From a bacterium (GTDB lineage Bacteria; Patescibacteriota; Minisyncoccia; Minisyncoccales; CG1-02-41-26), in contig JAUXAO010000001.1 in NCBI GenBank assembly GCA_030619905.1, positions 119,051 through 183,050 of the forward strand: 64,000 bases of DNA. The letters are read 5' to 3'. The notes beneath the pieces were generated by a model. The model was not told the origin of the DNA and made no database searches. It saw nothing but the letters and a program-made list of their open reading frames with translations. Made by a program: the position numbers and the translations under genes. Shown here in pieces: positions 1 through 9,252 of this stretch (its first letter is position 1; each line of letters begins with the position of its first letter).

Positions 1-958
1 AAGGATTTGCAGCAAAAATAACACTGAAATGTAGATGGCAGCCGCTAAAACCAGCAGGAATAGTATGGCCAGTATAGCCAACATAGCCAATGATTTGGCC
101 TGGAAGAACTTTTTGGCCAGGACTTACAGCAATCTTTGATAGGTGGCCGTAATAAGTAATGACTCCGTTGGGATGAGAAACTCTGACAAAAATCCCACCT
201 CTTCTGGTATATCCTGTTTTTTGAATGGTACCACCAGCTGCTGCAAAAACCGGATCTCCACATTTTCCATTGGAAAAATCAATGGCATTTTGCCAATGAA
301 GACCCTGAGTAATACGGCAGGGAGAGGGAATAGGGCAAATGAAGAAGCTTGAGTCTAAAGGGACTCTTACGTATTCTATACTAGTAGTCTTAGGCATCTT
401 TCCATTAGGAATAATCAAGGTGTCAGCAGCATAAATCTTCCCTTGATCAGAGATTTCATTAAACTCAATAATATCTTCCAGATCAGCTTGATAAATCTCA
501 GCTATCTCGCCTAAGGTGTCTCTTTCTCTGACAATATGTAAGGTTCCGGAAACAGGCAAGATAATTAATTTCTGATCAATCTTAATTATTGATTTCTCAT
601 TTAAATTATTTGCCCAGAGTAAAGTATTTAAACTAATCTGAAAACTGGCAGCAATAGAGGAAAGAGTGTCTCCTGACTTTACAATATATTCTCTAATCTC
701 TTTTTCCTGTTCCATTCCCCAGCTTCCCAAGACTCTACCTGAAATATTAAAGGGCGGAGCAACTGCTTCAAGTCCATCCCCTTGAATCACATTTAAGTGA
801 AAAGAGGGAAGAGCTAAATTAGCCTCGGCCATTAAATATTGACTTTCATCTAGAATCTCTGCCTCAGAAGAAATATCAGCAGAAAAGGAATTCCTAAATT
901 TAGGATTGAGATTAAAAAGAGAAATTACTAAAACTAGAAAAAGGAAGGATAAAGTCAA
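1..958 (-). CDS. LysM-repeat / M23-family metallopeptidase (cell-wall hydrolase); C-terminus lies beyond the window edge
   Basis: My own minus-strand translation; the ORF is open at the window edge, so it is missing from the ORF track. It shows a TM segment (LTLSFLFLVLVISLF), two LysM-like repeats (YIVKSGDTLSSIAASFQISLNTLLWANNL; HIVRERDTLGEIAEIYQADLEDIIEFNEI) and an M23 core (GIFVRVSHPNGVITYYGHLSKIAVSPGQKV..GQIIGYVGYTGHT..GCHLHF). The start is uncertain: TTG at 958, in-frame ATT at 1033, first ATG only at 832. Confidence 0.8.
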   Translation of the reverse strand, partial: MTLSFLFLVLVISLFNLNPKFRNSFSADISSEAEILDESQYLMAEANLALPSFHLNVIQGDGLEAVAPPFNISGRVLGSWGMEQEKEIREYIVKSGDTLSSIAASFQISLNTLLWANNLNEKSIIKIDQKLIILPVSGTLHIVRERDTLGEIAEIYQADLEDIIEFNEISDQGKIYAADTLIIPNGKMPKTTSIEYVRVPLDSSFFICPIPSPCRITQGLHWQNAIDFSNGKCGDPVFAAAGGTIQKTGYTRRGGIFVRVSHPNGVITYYGHLSKIAVSPGQKVLPGQIIGYVGYTGHTIPAGFSGCHLHFSVIFAANP

Positions 959-1147
959 ATAAAAAAAAGGGGATTTTGGAGATCTCCTTAAAGACTCCTT
1001 GATAAGTTTTAAGATCTTAGAAATAAGTTTAATTCAGAATTAAAAGAAACTTTTTCTTCCTGTTTTCGAACTTGTTCCTATATTCTCTATTTTAAGGAAG
1101 AAAAGGAACATGTCAACCCCTTTTGGTTTTTATGTTATAATTTAAAA

Positions 1148-1978
1148 ATGAAATTAGATCTGCTTAGAAAATATAAGATTCATCCTAACAAGAGACTTGG
1201 ACAAAATTTCTTAATTTCAAAAACAATCCTGAGAGAAATCATTAAAGCAGCGAACCTTAAACCATCTGATATTATCTTGGAAATTGGTCCAGGGTTAGGA
1301 GTTCTTACCAAGGAGTTGGCTAAAAAAGTTAAAAAAGTTATTGCTATAGAAAAAGACAAAAAATTAACTGATATTTTAAAAAAGGAATTAGATAATGATA
1401 AAATTAAAAACATTCAAGTTATTAATCAAGATATCTTGAAATTTGAATCTTCAAGTTTTAATCTTAAGGAATCTTATAAACTCATTGCCAATCTGCCTTA
1501 TTATATTACAGGTCCGGTTATCAGAATGTTTTTAGAATCAACAAAGCCGCCCGAACTAATGGTTTTAATGGTCCAAAAAGAAGTAGGAAAAAGAATTTGT
1601 GCCCAGCCGCCAAAAATGTCCAAACTAGCTGTCTTTTCCCAATTTTACGGAAAGCCAGAAATTGTGAAATTTGTTTCTAAGAAATCTTTCCGGCCTCAAC
1701 CTAAAGTTGACAGTGTTATCCTTAGAATCGAGCCATTGGCTTTAACTGATAAAAGATTAATTAAAACTAATAGAAAACTGTTTTCTAAAATTGTCAGAGC
1801 TGGGTTTTCTCAGCCTAGAAAACAATTAATAAATAATTTTTCTAAATCTTTAGAGCTTTCTCGAGAAAAAGTTGAAAAATGGCTCAAAGAATATAAGATT
1901 CAACCAAATCAGAGAGCAGAAAGCTTAACTCTTGAAGATTGGATTGACCTTACTAATGGTTATTGTTCTTTATCTTAA
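1148..1978 (+). CDS. rsmA: 16S rRNA (adenine1518/1519-N6)-dimethyltransferase RsmA/KsgA
   Basis: LGQNFL motif, SAM-binding EIGPGLGVLT, NLPYYIT motif, typical length of 276 aa. An extended -10 (TGTTATAAT) lies just upstream. Confidence 0.93.
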   Translation: MKLDLLRKYKIHPNKRLGQNFLISKTILREIIKAANLKPSDIILEIGPGLGVLTKELAKKVKKVIAIEKDKKLTDILKKELDNDKIKNIQVINQDILKFESSSFNLKESYKLIANLPYYITGPVIRMFLESTKPPELMVLMVQKEVGKRICAQPPKMSKLAVFSQFYGKPEIVKFVSKKSFRPQPKVDSVILRIEPLALTDKRLIKTNRKLFSKIVRAGFSQPRKQLINNFSKSLELSREKVEKWLKEYKIQPNQRAESLTLEDWIDLTNGYCSLS

Positions 1979-2008
1979 ATTATTGTGATATAATAAAATA
2001 ATAAATTT

Positions 2009-3961
2009 ATGAAGAAAAAACAATTAACTTTTCTATTTCTGCTTTTCCTAACTCTAGGATTGATCTTACCTAATTATAATCTAACTTTAGGAAACGGAGA
2101 CTGGGTACAAAGTTATATAGAAAACCCGACTATGGGGTTTGAAGAAGGCGCTGACAGTTGGGCTAATAGATTTCTCAATCCTATAGCTAAAGGGGTTTTT
2201 TCCGCTCTTATCGGTGGAATTTTTATGATTCTAATCGCTATTACTAGCGCATTTCTAGGATTAGGTCAATTTCTCTTAAATTTAGTAACCAGTCCGACTT
2301 TTATAGATATTTCATTCACCGGTGCAGATAATCCTTTTGTAACTGAAGGCTGGAGAATAGTCAAAGACTTAACCAATGTATGTATTATTCTTGGATTAGT
2401 GGTTATTGCTTTGGCAACTATTTTAAGAATTAGTTCTTACCAAATGAAAAAGACTTTGCCTTTGTTTATAATCGTAGCTCTTTTAATTAACTTTACCCCG
2501 ATGCTCTGCGGACTTGTTATTGATGCTTCTAATATTATAATGAATCATTTTTTGAAAGGTGGCGCATTATTAACAGGGGGCTTTATTTCAAGAATTGAGG
2601 TAGAGGTCGGTAATTTATTCAATCTTAAAGACCCTGCAGAAACATTTGGCAGAGGAGCACTCTTTCTTGGATTTAATGTTTTTGGAGGGCTTATCTTCCT
2701 CCTTTTTGCTTGTCTTTTTCTTTTTAGATATGTTGCTCTTTGGATGCTTGTTATTCTTTCGCCGTTTGCCCTTTTCTGTCTTATTTTCCCGAATACCAAA
2801 AAAATGTGGGATATGTGGTTGAGCCAATTTATCCAATGGTGCTTTATTGGAATACCAGTCGCTTTTACTATTTACCTCGCCAATATAATAACCGTAGAAT
2901 TAATTGAGGGAGGTATGATAGAAGGTGTGAGTGGAGGCGCTGAAATATTAGGATATCTTGTTCCCCTTACCTTCCTCATTTTTGGTTTCTTTATGTCTCT
3001 TCAGATTGGAGCAGTAGGAGCAAGCACGGTCACCAATCTCGGCAAGTGGGCAGGAACTACAGGATTACCTAGATTAGGAGGAGGAATTGGAGCAGGAGCG
3101 ATAGGATTAACGAAAGGAATAAAAGAAGGAAAGGGAGTTTGGGGAAAAATCAAGGGAGCAGGAAGAGGGGCATTTACTGCTGAGGGCAGAGAAGAAGGAA
3201 AAGAAGTCGTAGATAGGGCCCTTGAAAGAATGCATGTTGTCAGACCAGGATTCTATATGGAAAGAAAACTAAAACGTGAGAAATTAGATGAGGAAGAAAA
3301 AAGAATGAAACCTCTCCCAAGTGATGAGCTTGAAAGAATTGCATTCGAAACACGAGCCATAACTCATAGAGATAAAAGAGCTAAAGCAATAGCTACTAAA
3401 TTATTGGGAGATAGAGGCGATTTTGCTGCCAAAGGAACCCCTGAAGAAGTTAAGAGAAAGGAACAAGAGGCAATTAATGTTGCTAAGAAAATGGGAGCAG
3501 ACTTATCAGGTCTTAGTAAGAGCAGACCTGAACTAACTCCTGAAGTCAATAGTGAAAAATTTCAAGAACAGTTACAAGCAGAAATAGAAGATTTCCAAAA
3601 GAAAAATCCAGGTTTTACTGTTACAGCGACTGTAATAGAAAAAAGAGAAAAAATTGTAAGACGAAATATGATTCGTGAACAGGTTGGAAAAATAAGTGCT
3701 AAGAACTTTACAGAAAAGGTATCATCTAATTCCCCTAAAAACCTAGATGTATTTTTAGGAATGACTGCAGCTCAAATAGAAAATGTGGGAACCTATGGAA
3801 GTGAAGAAAAAATAAAAGCGATTGAAGATACATATAAGAATAATGTAAAAGAAATTTCTGTCATATATAATAGGTTTAAAAGGGAAGGAAAGACTAGAGA
3901 AGCACAAAGATTAGCAGATCTAGTAAGAAAAATGGGGAAAGATCCAAATTTCTCAATATAA
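2009..3961 (+). CDS. Polytopic membrane protein, VirB6/TrbL-like T4SS channel candidate with a Gly-rich linker and long charged C-terminal tail
   Basis: Signal peptide, then about 8 hydrophobic helices over aa 60-345, a Gly-rich stretch (GLPRLGGGIGAGAIGLTKGIKEGKGVWGKIKGAGRG) and a roughly 250-aa K/E-rich tail. The architecture and the neighbouring pilin genes suggest VirB6/TrbL. No diagnostic catalytic motif, so the call is tentative. Confidence 0.45.
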   Translation: MKKKQLTFLFLLFLTLGLILPNYNLTLGNGDWVQSYIENPTMGFEEGADSWANRFLNPIAKGVFSALIGGIFMILIAITSAFLGLGQFLLNLVTSPTFIDISFTGADNPFVTEGWRIVKDLTNVCIILGLVVIALATILRISSYQMKKTLPLFIIVALLINFTPMLCGLVIDASNIIMNHFLKGGALLTGGFISRIEVEVGNLFNLKDPAETFGRGALFLGFNVFGGLIFLLFACLFLFRYVALWMLVILSPFALFCLIFPNTKKMWDMWLSQFIQWCFIGIPVAFTIYLANIITVELIEGGMIEGVSGGAEILGYLVPLTFLIFGFFMSLQIGAVGASTVTNLGKWAGTTGLPRLGGGIGAGAIGLTKGIKEGKGVWGKIKGAGRGAFTAEGREEGKEVVDRALERMHVVRPGFYMERKLKREKLDEEEKRMKPLPSDELERIAFETRAITHRDKRAKAIATKLLGDRGDFAAKGTPEEVKRKEQEAINVAKKMGADLSGLSKSRPELTPEVNSEKFQEQLQAEIEDFQKKNPGFTVTATVIEKREKIVRRNMIREQVGKISAKNFTEKVSSNSPKNLDVFLGMTAAQIENVGTYGSEEKIKAIEDTYKNNVKEISVIYNRFKREGKTREAQRLADLVRKMGKDPNFSI

Positions 3962-3983
3962 TTTATTCGAGATTAGAAAAAAA

Positions 3984-4361
3984 ATGAATCAAGAACGAAA
4001 CAAAAAACTAATATTTCCTGAATATACTTCTGAAATTATATCCAAACTTATGGAAAAGTATAAGATAGATGAGAGTATTGACCAAATTTTTGATAAGATG
4101 GAAATAGGAGAGGAAACTAAAGGTAGAAAAATAGCAAATCTACTCCGAGAAATTGTTCATGGAGGACTTTCTAAGAAAGACTTATCCCTGGAGATAGAAA
4201 AAAGATTAAATATTTCGGAAATAAAAGCAACGAATTTAGCTAAAGACCTCCAAGAAAAAATTTTACTTCCAATGGAAACTACTCCTCCAAAAATTACCCC
4301 TCAGATAAAAGAAGGGGTTAAAAAAAAGCCAAAAGATATTTACCGAGAACCTATCAAATAA
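3984..4361 (+). CDS. Hypothetical small protein (125 aa)
   Basis: Clean ORF that fills the gap between neighbouring genes and is followed by a strong terminator. No recognisable motif. Confidence 0.5.
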   Translation: MNQERNKKLIFPEYTSEIISKLMEKYKIDESIDQIFDKMEIGEETKGRKIANLLREIVHGGLSKKDLSLEIEKRLNISEIKATNLAKDLQEKILLPMETTPPKITPQIKEGVKKKPKDIYREPIK

Positions 4362-4365
4362 AAAA

Positions 4366-4396
4366 GGCTGGGAATATAAATATTCCTAGCCTTTTG
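4366..4396. terminator. Bidirectional rho-independent terminator between convergent genes
   Basis: 10-bp stem ggctgggaat / attcctagcc (one G-U pair), 6-nt loop, A-run upstream and T-run downstream. Confidence 0.75.
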
Positions 4397-4409
4397 TTTC
4401 ATCTACTCT

Positions 4410-5471
4410 TTATTTGGCATATTTTTTTGTATCTCTTTTGAACATCTCCTCTGCCTCTTTGCTTCTCTCCTCAGGAGTTTCGCTTTTTCCTTTTTCCTTT
4501 TCTCTTTTTCCTTTTTCCTTTTTTCTTTCTCCTTTTTCTACTTCTGGTATTCTTTTCGCAGCGGCAAAAATCTTAACAGCAGCATTTACTAAAGATTGTA
4601 GAAAATCACTTCCTTCGTTGGATTTTTCTCCTCCATCAACTACAATATGTGTCAAGGCCTTTCTTTCTGCTTCCTCTAATCGCAGATTCATTTTCTTACT
4701 ATAGTCCAGGAATTCTCTTTGCATTTCTTTGTTGTTATTAATTTCTTCTTGAATTTCCTTAACGCTTTTCCCTCTAACTTGAGCAAACGATTCGAGGACC
4801 ATTCCTACCCATTCCTTAGCTTGTCTTTCAGCAATAAAACTTGCCGCATCTAACTTCAATCTTTCCTGATCTACTTTTACCAAATATTCCTCTAATTCTT
4901 TAGGGAGTTCTATCTCTTTAATAGTTAGTTTCAAGTTCTTAGGATCAAAACCGGCTTTGACTAAAGCACCATCTGCAGCTTGGAATTTTTTTTCAGTTTC
5001 CTCTTTCACATCTTTAATTCTCTCGATAGATTCCATAGAGGCCATTTCAGCAAAAACTGCTCTTAGGGCACCAACTACCGAATCTTCGGTCCATCTCTTT
5101 AGCCCCTCTTCATCATAAGGAACATCTGACATTACTATTTCAATAAGATCCCCGAGATCCCCTTTCTTTTTAGCAACCTTTCTGGGTAAGTTTAAGTAAG
5201 CTACTGCGTCCACCATTAAAGCTTGGGCTCCGTATTTTACACCATTATATTCCTTTTTCCTGGTAATAACTTTTCTGGCTGGATAATCCAAATTAAACAT
5301 CTTCTTTGGTCTCTTTTCTAAACGACAAAAAAATAAAGGTACAAAATGAATCCCACTATCTCGAAAAGCAATCGGTTTCCCTAAAACTACTAATACTGCC
5401 ATCTCATTCGGCTGGAGAACTTTAATTGATCCAATTACATAGATCAGAATTAACGGAATAATCCAAATCAT
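4410..5471 (-). CDS. SPFH/band-7 (stomatin/prohibitin-like) membrane protein with a K/E-rich tail
   Basis: N-terminal TM helix followed by the typical SPFH entry (VLQPNEMAVLVVLGKPIAFRDSGIHFVP). Central coiled-coil and a C-terminal EKGERKKEKGKREKEKGK low-complexity tail. Confidence 0.7.
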   Translation of the reverse strand: MIWIIPLILIYVIGSIKVLQPNEMAVLVVLGKPIAFRDSGIHFVPLFFCRLEKRPKKMFNLDYPARKVITRKKEYNGVKYGAQALMVDAVAYLNLPRKVAKKKGDLGDLIEIVMSDVPYDEEGLKRWTEDSVVGALRAVFAEMASMESIERIKDVKEETEKKFQAADGALVKAGFDPKNLKLTIKEIELPKELEEYLVKVDQERLKLDAASFIAERQAKEWVGMVLESFAQVRGKSVKEIQEEINNNKEMQREFLDYSKKMNLRLEEAERKALTHIVVDGGEKSNEGSDFLQSLVNAAVKIFAAAKRIPEVEKGERKKEKGKREKEKGKSETPEERSKEAEEMFKRDTKKYAK

Positions 5472-5503
5472 TACTTTTACCTCCTATTTAGTTTTTAAAT
5501 ATT

Positions 5504-5523
5504 TCTCCGAATAAATTCGGAGA
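5504..5523. promoter_or_regulatory. Perfect palindrome in a divergent promoter region (candidate operator)
   Basis: tctccgaa-taaa-ttcggaga lies between the SPFH gene start (5471, minus) and the first pilin-fusion gene (5642, plus). A second palindrome gtcaa-a-ttgac is at 5584-5594. Confidence 0.3.
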
Positions 5524-5641
5524 CCAAGAATTGAAAATATCTATTTTCTTGGTATTTATATTTTAGCATAGTAGTCTATTTTTGTCAAATTGACTTTTTG
5601 ATTTTGTTTTAATTTGACTTGTGATAAAATATTAATAAGAT

Positions 5642-6913
5642 ATGAAGTTAAATAAATTAAAATTTTTATTTGTTTTAATTCTCATTCTATTTTCCTTTTC
5701 TCTTTTCAGTTTTTCTACTCTTGCTGCTGAAAAATTAGAGACCACATACCCAGAAATCGAAGGAGAAAAAGTAACCGAAGGAACCACTTTACCAGAATAT
5801 GTAAGTTATATCTTTAGGCTTTCTCTAATTATTGCCGCCGTAGCTGCTCTGGCAGCTTTGATCTATGGTGGATTTCGCTATTTAACTTCAGCTGGCTCGC
5901 CAGTAACTCAAAACGAGGCTAAAAACTGGCTTTTTGGTGGGATAATAGGCTTGATCCTCATTCTTTCTTCTTATCTAATCTTAAATACTATTAATCCTGA
6001 GCTGTTAAAATTAGAAATTCCAGGACTAGAAGAACAACAACTAGATACTTCATCTGATCCATCTTTCCCTGATGTTGAAAAAATAATTCATCAAGAAACT
6101 CCAATTGGAACTTTAGTAGAAAACCTTTTAGCTAAAAATATAGATTGCTATGACTATGATTCTGAAGGAAATATGACTGATCCCCCAGAAGGATGCGGCT
6201 GTTCCGCAAAAAGTCCAGGAAGCCAAGGAGGAGTGGAAATGATGGAAAACTGGGACCGACTAGATTGTATTAAGAAATTGGCTGAGGCAGTAAGGATAAA
6301 AGTAAAGAAACTTAAAGAATTAGCTGAAGCACTAAAAGCAGAAATTGATAAATGTACTTGTTCACGCTGCTCCTGCGGTTGCAGATGTCCCGATAATATT
6401 ACTAAAACATGTAATGGTTCTAACGATCCTTGTCCAACCAGGGAAAAAATAGACGAACTAAGAGAAGAGATTAAAGAACTAGTAACCGGAGAAGGAGTAT
6501 CTGATCCGAACTTTTTAAGTATCAGAGAAGGAATTAAAAGGTTAAAAAAGATGAAAGCAGAATTAGAAAAAGATTTGAATTACTTGAGAGAAGCAGAAGA
6601 TTTAATGAAATACAAATGTGAGTATGAAACAACCTTAAATTTAGTAAAGTTTTTTGACCTCAAGGAAGGGAGAGAAGATATTGATAAAGAAGAATTTGAG
6701 AATTTTGATATTAGGAAATATTGCATAGAATTCAACTGCATAGAATGGGAACATCCTGATGAATTAGAAAAAAGATTTTGCATTAAATATGAGTTAAACG
6801 AAAAAGGCCGATTATGTAAGGCAACAACAACAGAGGCAACAAAAGATGAGATAAAAGAATATTTTGTCTTTGACGGCGACCCGGCCACTTTTTATTGTTT
6901 ACTTGAAGAGTAA
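5642..6913 (+). CDS. T4SS pilin-like (VirB2/TrbC-type) N-terminal module fused to a cysteine-cluster ectodomain
   Basis: Signal peptide, then a two-helix pilin hairpin (YVSYIFRLSLIIAAVAALAALIYGGFRYLTSAGSP..AKNWLFGGIIGLILILSSYLILNTINPEL). About 290 more residues follow, including KCTCSRCSCGCRCPDNITKTCNGSNDPCP. Confidence 0.7.
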   Translation: MKLNKLKFLFVLILILFSFSLFSFSTLAAEKLETTYPEIEGEKVTEGTTLPEYVSYIFRLSLIIAAVAALAALIYGGFRYLTSAGSPVTQNEAKNWLFGGIIGLILILSSYLILNTINPELLKLEIPGLEEQQLDTSSDPSFPDVEKIIHQETPIGTLVENLLAKNIDCYDYDSEGNMTDPPEGCGCSAKSPGSQGGVEMMENWDRLDCIKKLAEAVRIKVKKLKELAEALKAEIDKCTCSRCSCGCRCPDNITKTCNGSNDPCPTREKIDELREEIKELVTGEGVSDPNFLSIREGIKRLKKMKAELEKDLNYLREAEDLMKYKCEYETTLNLVKFFDLKEGREDIDKEEFENFDIRKYCIEFNCIEWEHPDELEKRFCIKYELNEKGRLCKATTTEATKDEIKEYFVFDGDPATFYCLLEE

Positions 6914-6916
6914 TTT

Positions 6917-7909
6917 ATGAAAAAATTTATCTTTCTTAAATTCTGTTTTATTCTTACCATTATTGGACTGATTTTGATATCTCTTAATTTCTCATTTCCT
7001 AATCAAAAAAGGGGAATTTCAGCTCAAGGACTTTGGCAAGAGCCTGAAGAAAAATGTGTTATTGATGCTGTAATAGAAAATGGTTTTGAAATGGGGAAAG
7101 TACCAATCGGAGAAACAGTTGATTACTCTGAACTCTATATTGAAGAGATAATCTGTAATCTTAATGCCATAATTACAAATACTCAAAAGGCAGCCGATGC
7201 TGCTTACGACGAAGGTAGCAAAGATGATTTATATGACCTTCCTCCCCAATTTGTATGCGAAAATTGTAAACCAGCCTGCAATTGTGAAGAAGATGATGAA
7301 GGAGAATGCACTTCTTGTAGTTGTATTTGTAAGGATCCCTGTGGTCCTTTCGATAAAGTTGCTGCCAGGGTAAAAACAATTCAAAATGCTTACAAAAAAA
7401 TAGTTATTGCTAATAATAATATTGCCCATTTGGTTGATGTCGAAGGTAAAATTACTCTTTGCGCCTATTCGGGAATAGGTTTAGATTCTGTAACTGGTGA
7501 AATAGAAATTCCTGAACAATTGAACAGATGGAAAATTGTAAATGCCTTCACTAATTCAAGAAACAAATTAGAAAGATGTATTACAGGCTATGGACATGTT
7601 TTGGATTTTAAAATGACCAAGATAACACTCCTAAATTGCATGACTGCTCTGGACGAGATGGAAACGAAAGGAGGAATAGTGATTCTTCCTGGTTTCGAGT
7701 ATTTTGCTGCCACTAGTACTATGGAATATTTATGCTTTCAGGATCTTGCTCCAGTAGATAGTGATTATTGTTATGCTTATAATAGTGAATGTTTTTTAAC
7801 TGATAAGGAAAAAGAAACTTGCAGAAAAAACAAAGACTCTGTCGAATGCGAAGAAATAATAAAGGATTTAATGTACAATTTCTTTCGTTGTGAAGGAGTA
7901 ATAAAATAA
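6917..7909 (+). CDS. Secreted cysteine-cluster protein, paralogous to the ectodomain of the preceding gene
   Basis: N-terminal signal/anchor, PIGETVD motif, a helical segment, then CENCKPACNCEEDDEGECTSCSCICKDPCGP. Starts 4 nt after the upstream stop. Confidence 0.7.
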   Translation: MKKFIFLKFCFILTIIGLILISLNFSFPNQKRGISAQGLWQEPEEKCVIDAVIENGFEMGKVPIGETVDYSELYIEEIICNLNAIITNTQKAADAAYDEGSKDDLYDLPPQFVCENCKPACNCEEDDEGECTSCSCICKDPCGPFDKVAARVKTIQNAYKKIVIANNNIAHLVDVEGKITLCAYSGIGLDSVTGEIEIPEQLNRWKIVNAFTNSRNKLERCITGYGHVLDFKMTKITLLNCMTALDEMETKGGIVILPGFEYFAATSTMEYLCFQDLAPVDSDYCYAYNSECFLTDKEKETCRKNKDSVECEEIIKDLMYNFFRCEGVIK

Positions 7910-7929
7910 ATTTAATAAACAATTAATAT

Positions 7930-9234
7930 ATGAAATTAAATAAATTTAAACTCTTTTCCATTTTAATCCTCATCTTTTTCCTATTCTCCATGTTCAACTC
8001 CCTTATTTCTGCCGAGGAAAGAGGCCTGGAAGTTGAATATCCAGATGTAGAAGGAGGAATAACTACTTCAACTACTATTTCAGAATACGCAGCTTATATC
8101 TTTAGATTATCTATGATTATCGCTGCTATTCTTGCTTTTGCTGTTCTAATTTATGGCGGCTTTCGTTATTTGACTTCAGCTGGCAATCCTATAGCGATGA
8201 GCGATGCCAAAAGTTGGATTTTCGGAGGCATTATAGGTTTAGTTCTCCTCCTCTGCTCTTATATAATTTTAACAATTATTGAACCTGGTCTCGTTCAACC
8301 CGATGTTAAACCAATAGAACCTGTTGGTGGAATTTATTTGATATCTGAAAAAGGTGAAAAAAGAGATTTTTATTCTATTGACGTAATTTCTGAAATCCCT
8401 GAAAATTTTAATGCTGTCCAAATAGAGTTTATAAGCGATCCACCATTAGATGAGAAGTATGACGACCCCAATAAAGAAGAGTTGATTTCAATTTTTTATT
8501 ACAGTGAGACGAATAGGGAAGGAGAGATAGAAAAGGTTGAAAATAATAAAACTCCTGGCAGTTCTTCTCCTTCCAGTGCCCAAGGCTTTGAATTTACCCC
8601 AAGATCTCTATATTTTCTCTGGCAGAAACCGGGAGTTTACCTTTACGGAGAAGAGAATTTTAAAACTCCTCCTATCCCAATGGTTAATACAGCAAGTCAA
8701 AAAACCCTTAAAGATTTTAGTGATAAAGCAAGATCGATAGCATTCGTGGAGGAGAAAGACCTCCCTTGGGAAAAGAAAGGTTATACGGCTGTTCTTTTTG
8801 AAGATACTGATTATGAAGGAACGTGCGAACTTAAAGCGTATACGAACGAAAATATAGCCGATAGATTAAAAAATAAAGTTTCCTCAATCACTATTTCTCA
8901 AGGATTGCTGCCATACGGTGAGATAATATTTTACGATAAGATAAATTGCGAAGGGAAAGAACATTCTGTTAAACTTGAGGAAGGACTACTTGGAACGGGA
9001 ATTGGCATGTCTGTTTCTTTGGACAGTGAAGATACAGGGCTTGATCAATGTTTATCTTTGAAAATTAATGGTAATTTTTCGGTTCTTATGAACACTGAAA
9101 AAAATCTGGAGGGAAGGTGTATGCTTTTCAGCAAAGTAGGCTGTACTCCCACTTTTAAAGGAACTCATATTTATTCTGCTGACCCAGAAAGTTTCAGACC
9201 AAAAGCAGCCTATATCTTCCCAACTATAGAATAA
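7930..9234 (+). CDS. T4SS pilin-like N-terminal module fused to a beta-rich (beta-gamma-crystallin-like) ectodomain
   Basis: The N-terminal 125 aa align with ORFs 5642 and 9253 (ERGLEVEYPDVEGG..SEYAAYIFRLSMIIAAILAFAVLIYGGFRYLTSAGNP..). The C-terminal part carries Greek-key-like motifs (LFEDTDYEG..VSSITIS; IIFYDKINCEGKEH). Confidence 0.7.
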   Translation: MKLNKFKLFSILILIFFLFSMFNSLISAEERGLEVEYPDVEGGITTSTTISEYAAYIFRLSMIIAAILAFAVLIYGGFRYLTSAGNPIAMSDAKSWIFGGIIGLVLLLCSYIILTIIEPGLVQPDVKPIEPVGGIYLISEKGEKRDFYSIDVISEIPENFNAVQIEFISDPPLDEKYDDPNKEELISIFYYSETNREGEIEKVENNKTPGSSSPSSAQGFEFTPRSLYFLWQKPGVYLYGEENFKTPPIPMVNTASQKTLKDFSDKARSIAFVEEKDLPWEKKGYTAVLFEDTDYEGTCELKAYTNENIADRLKNKVSSITISQGLLPYGEIIFYDKINCEGKEHSVKLEEGLLGTGIGMSVSLDSEDTGLDQCLSLKINGNFSVLMNTEKNLEGRCMLFSKVGCTPTFKGTHIYSADPESFRPKAAYIFPTIE

Positions 9235-9252
9235 ATTTCCAAAACTAATTAA

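Noticed and set aside
45-352. ORF-track entries 45..263(-) and 143..352(+) at the window start
   Set aside because: Both overlap, out of frame, the much better supported minus-strand LysM/M23 peptidase reading frame. Their translations are Trp/Cys/Ser-rich with no domain signal.
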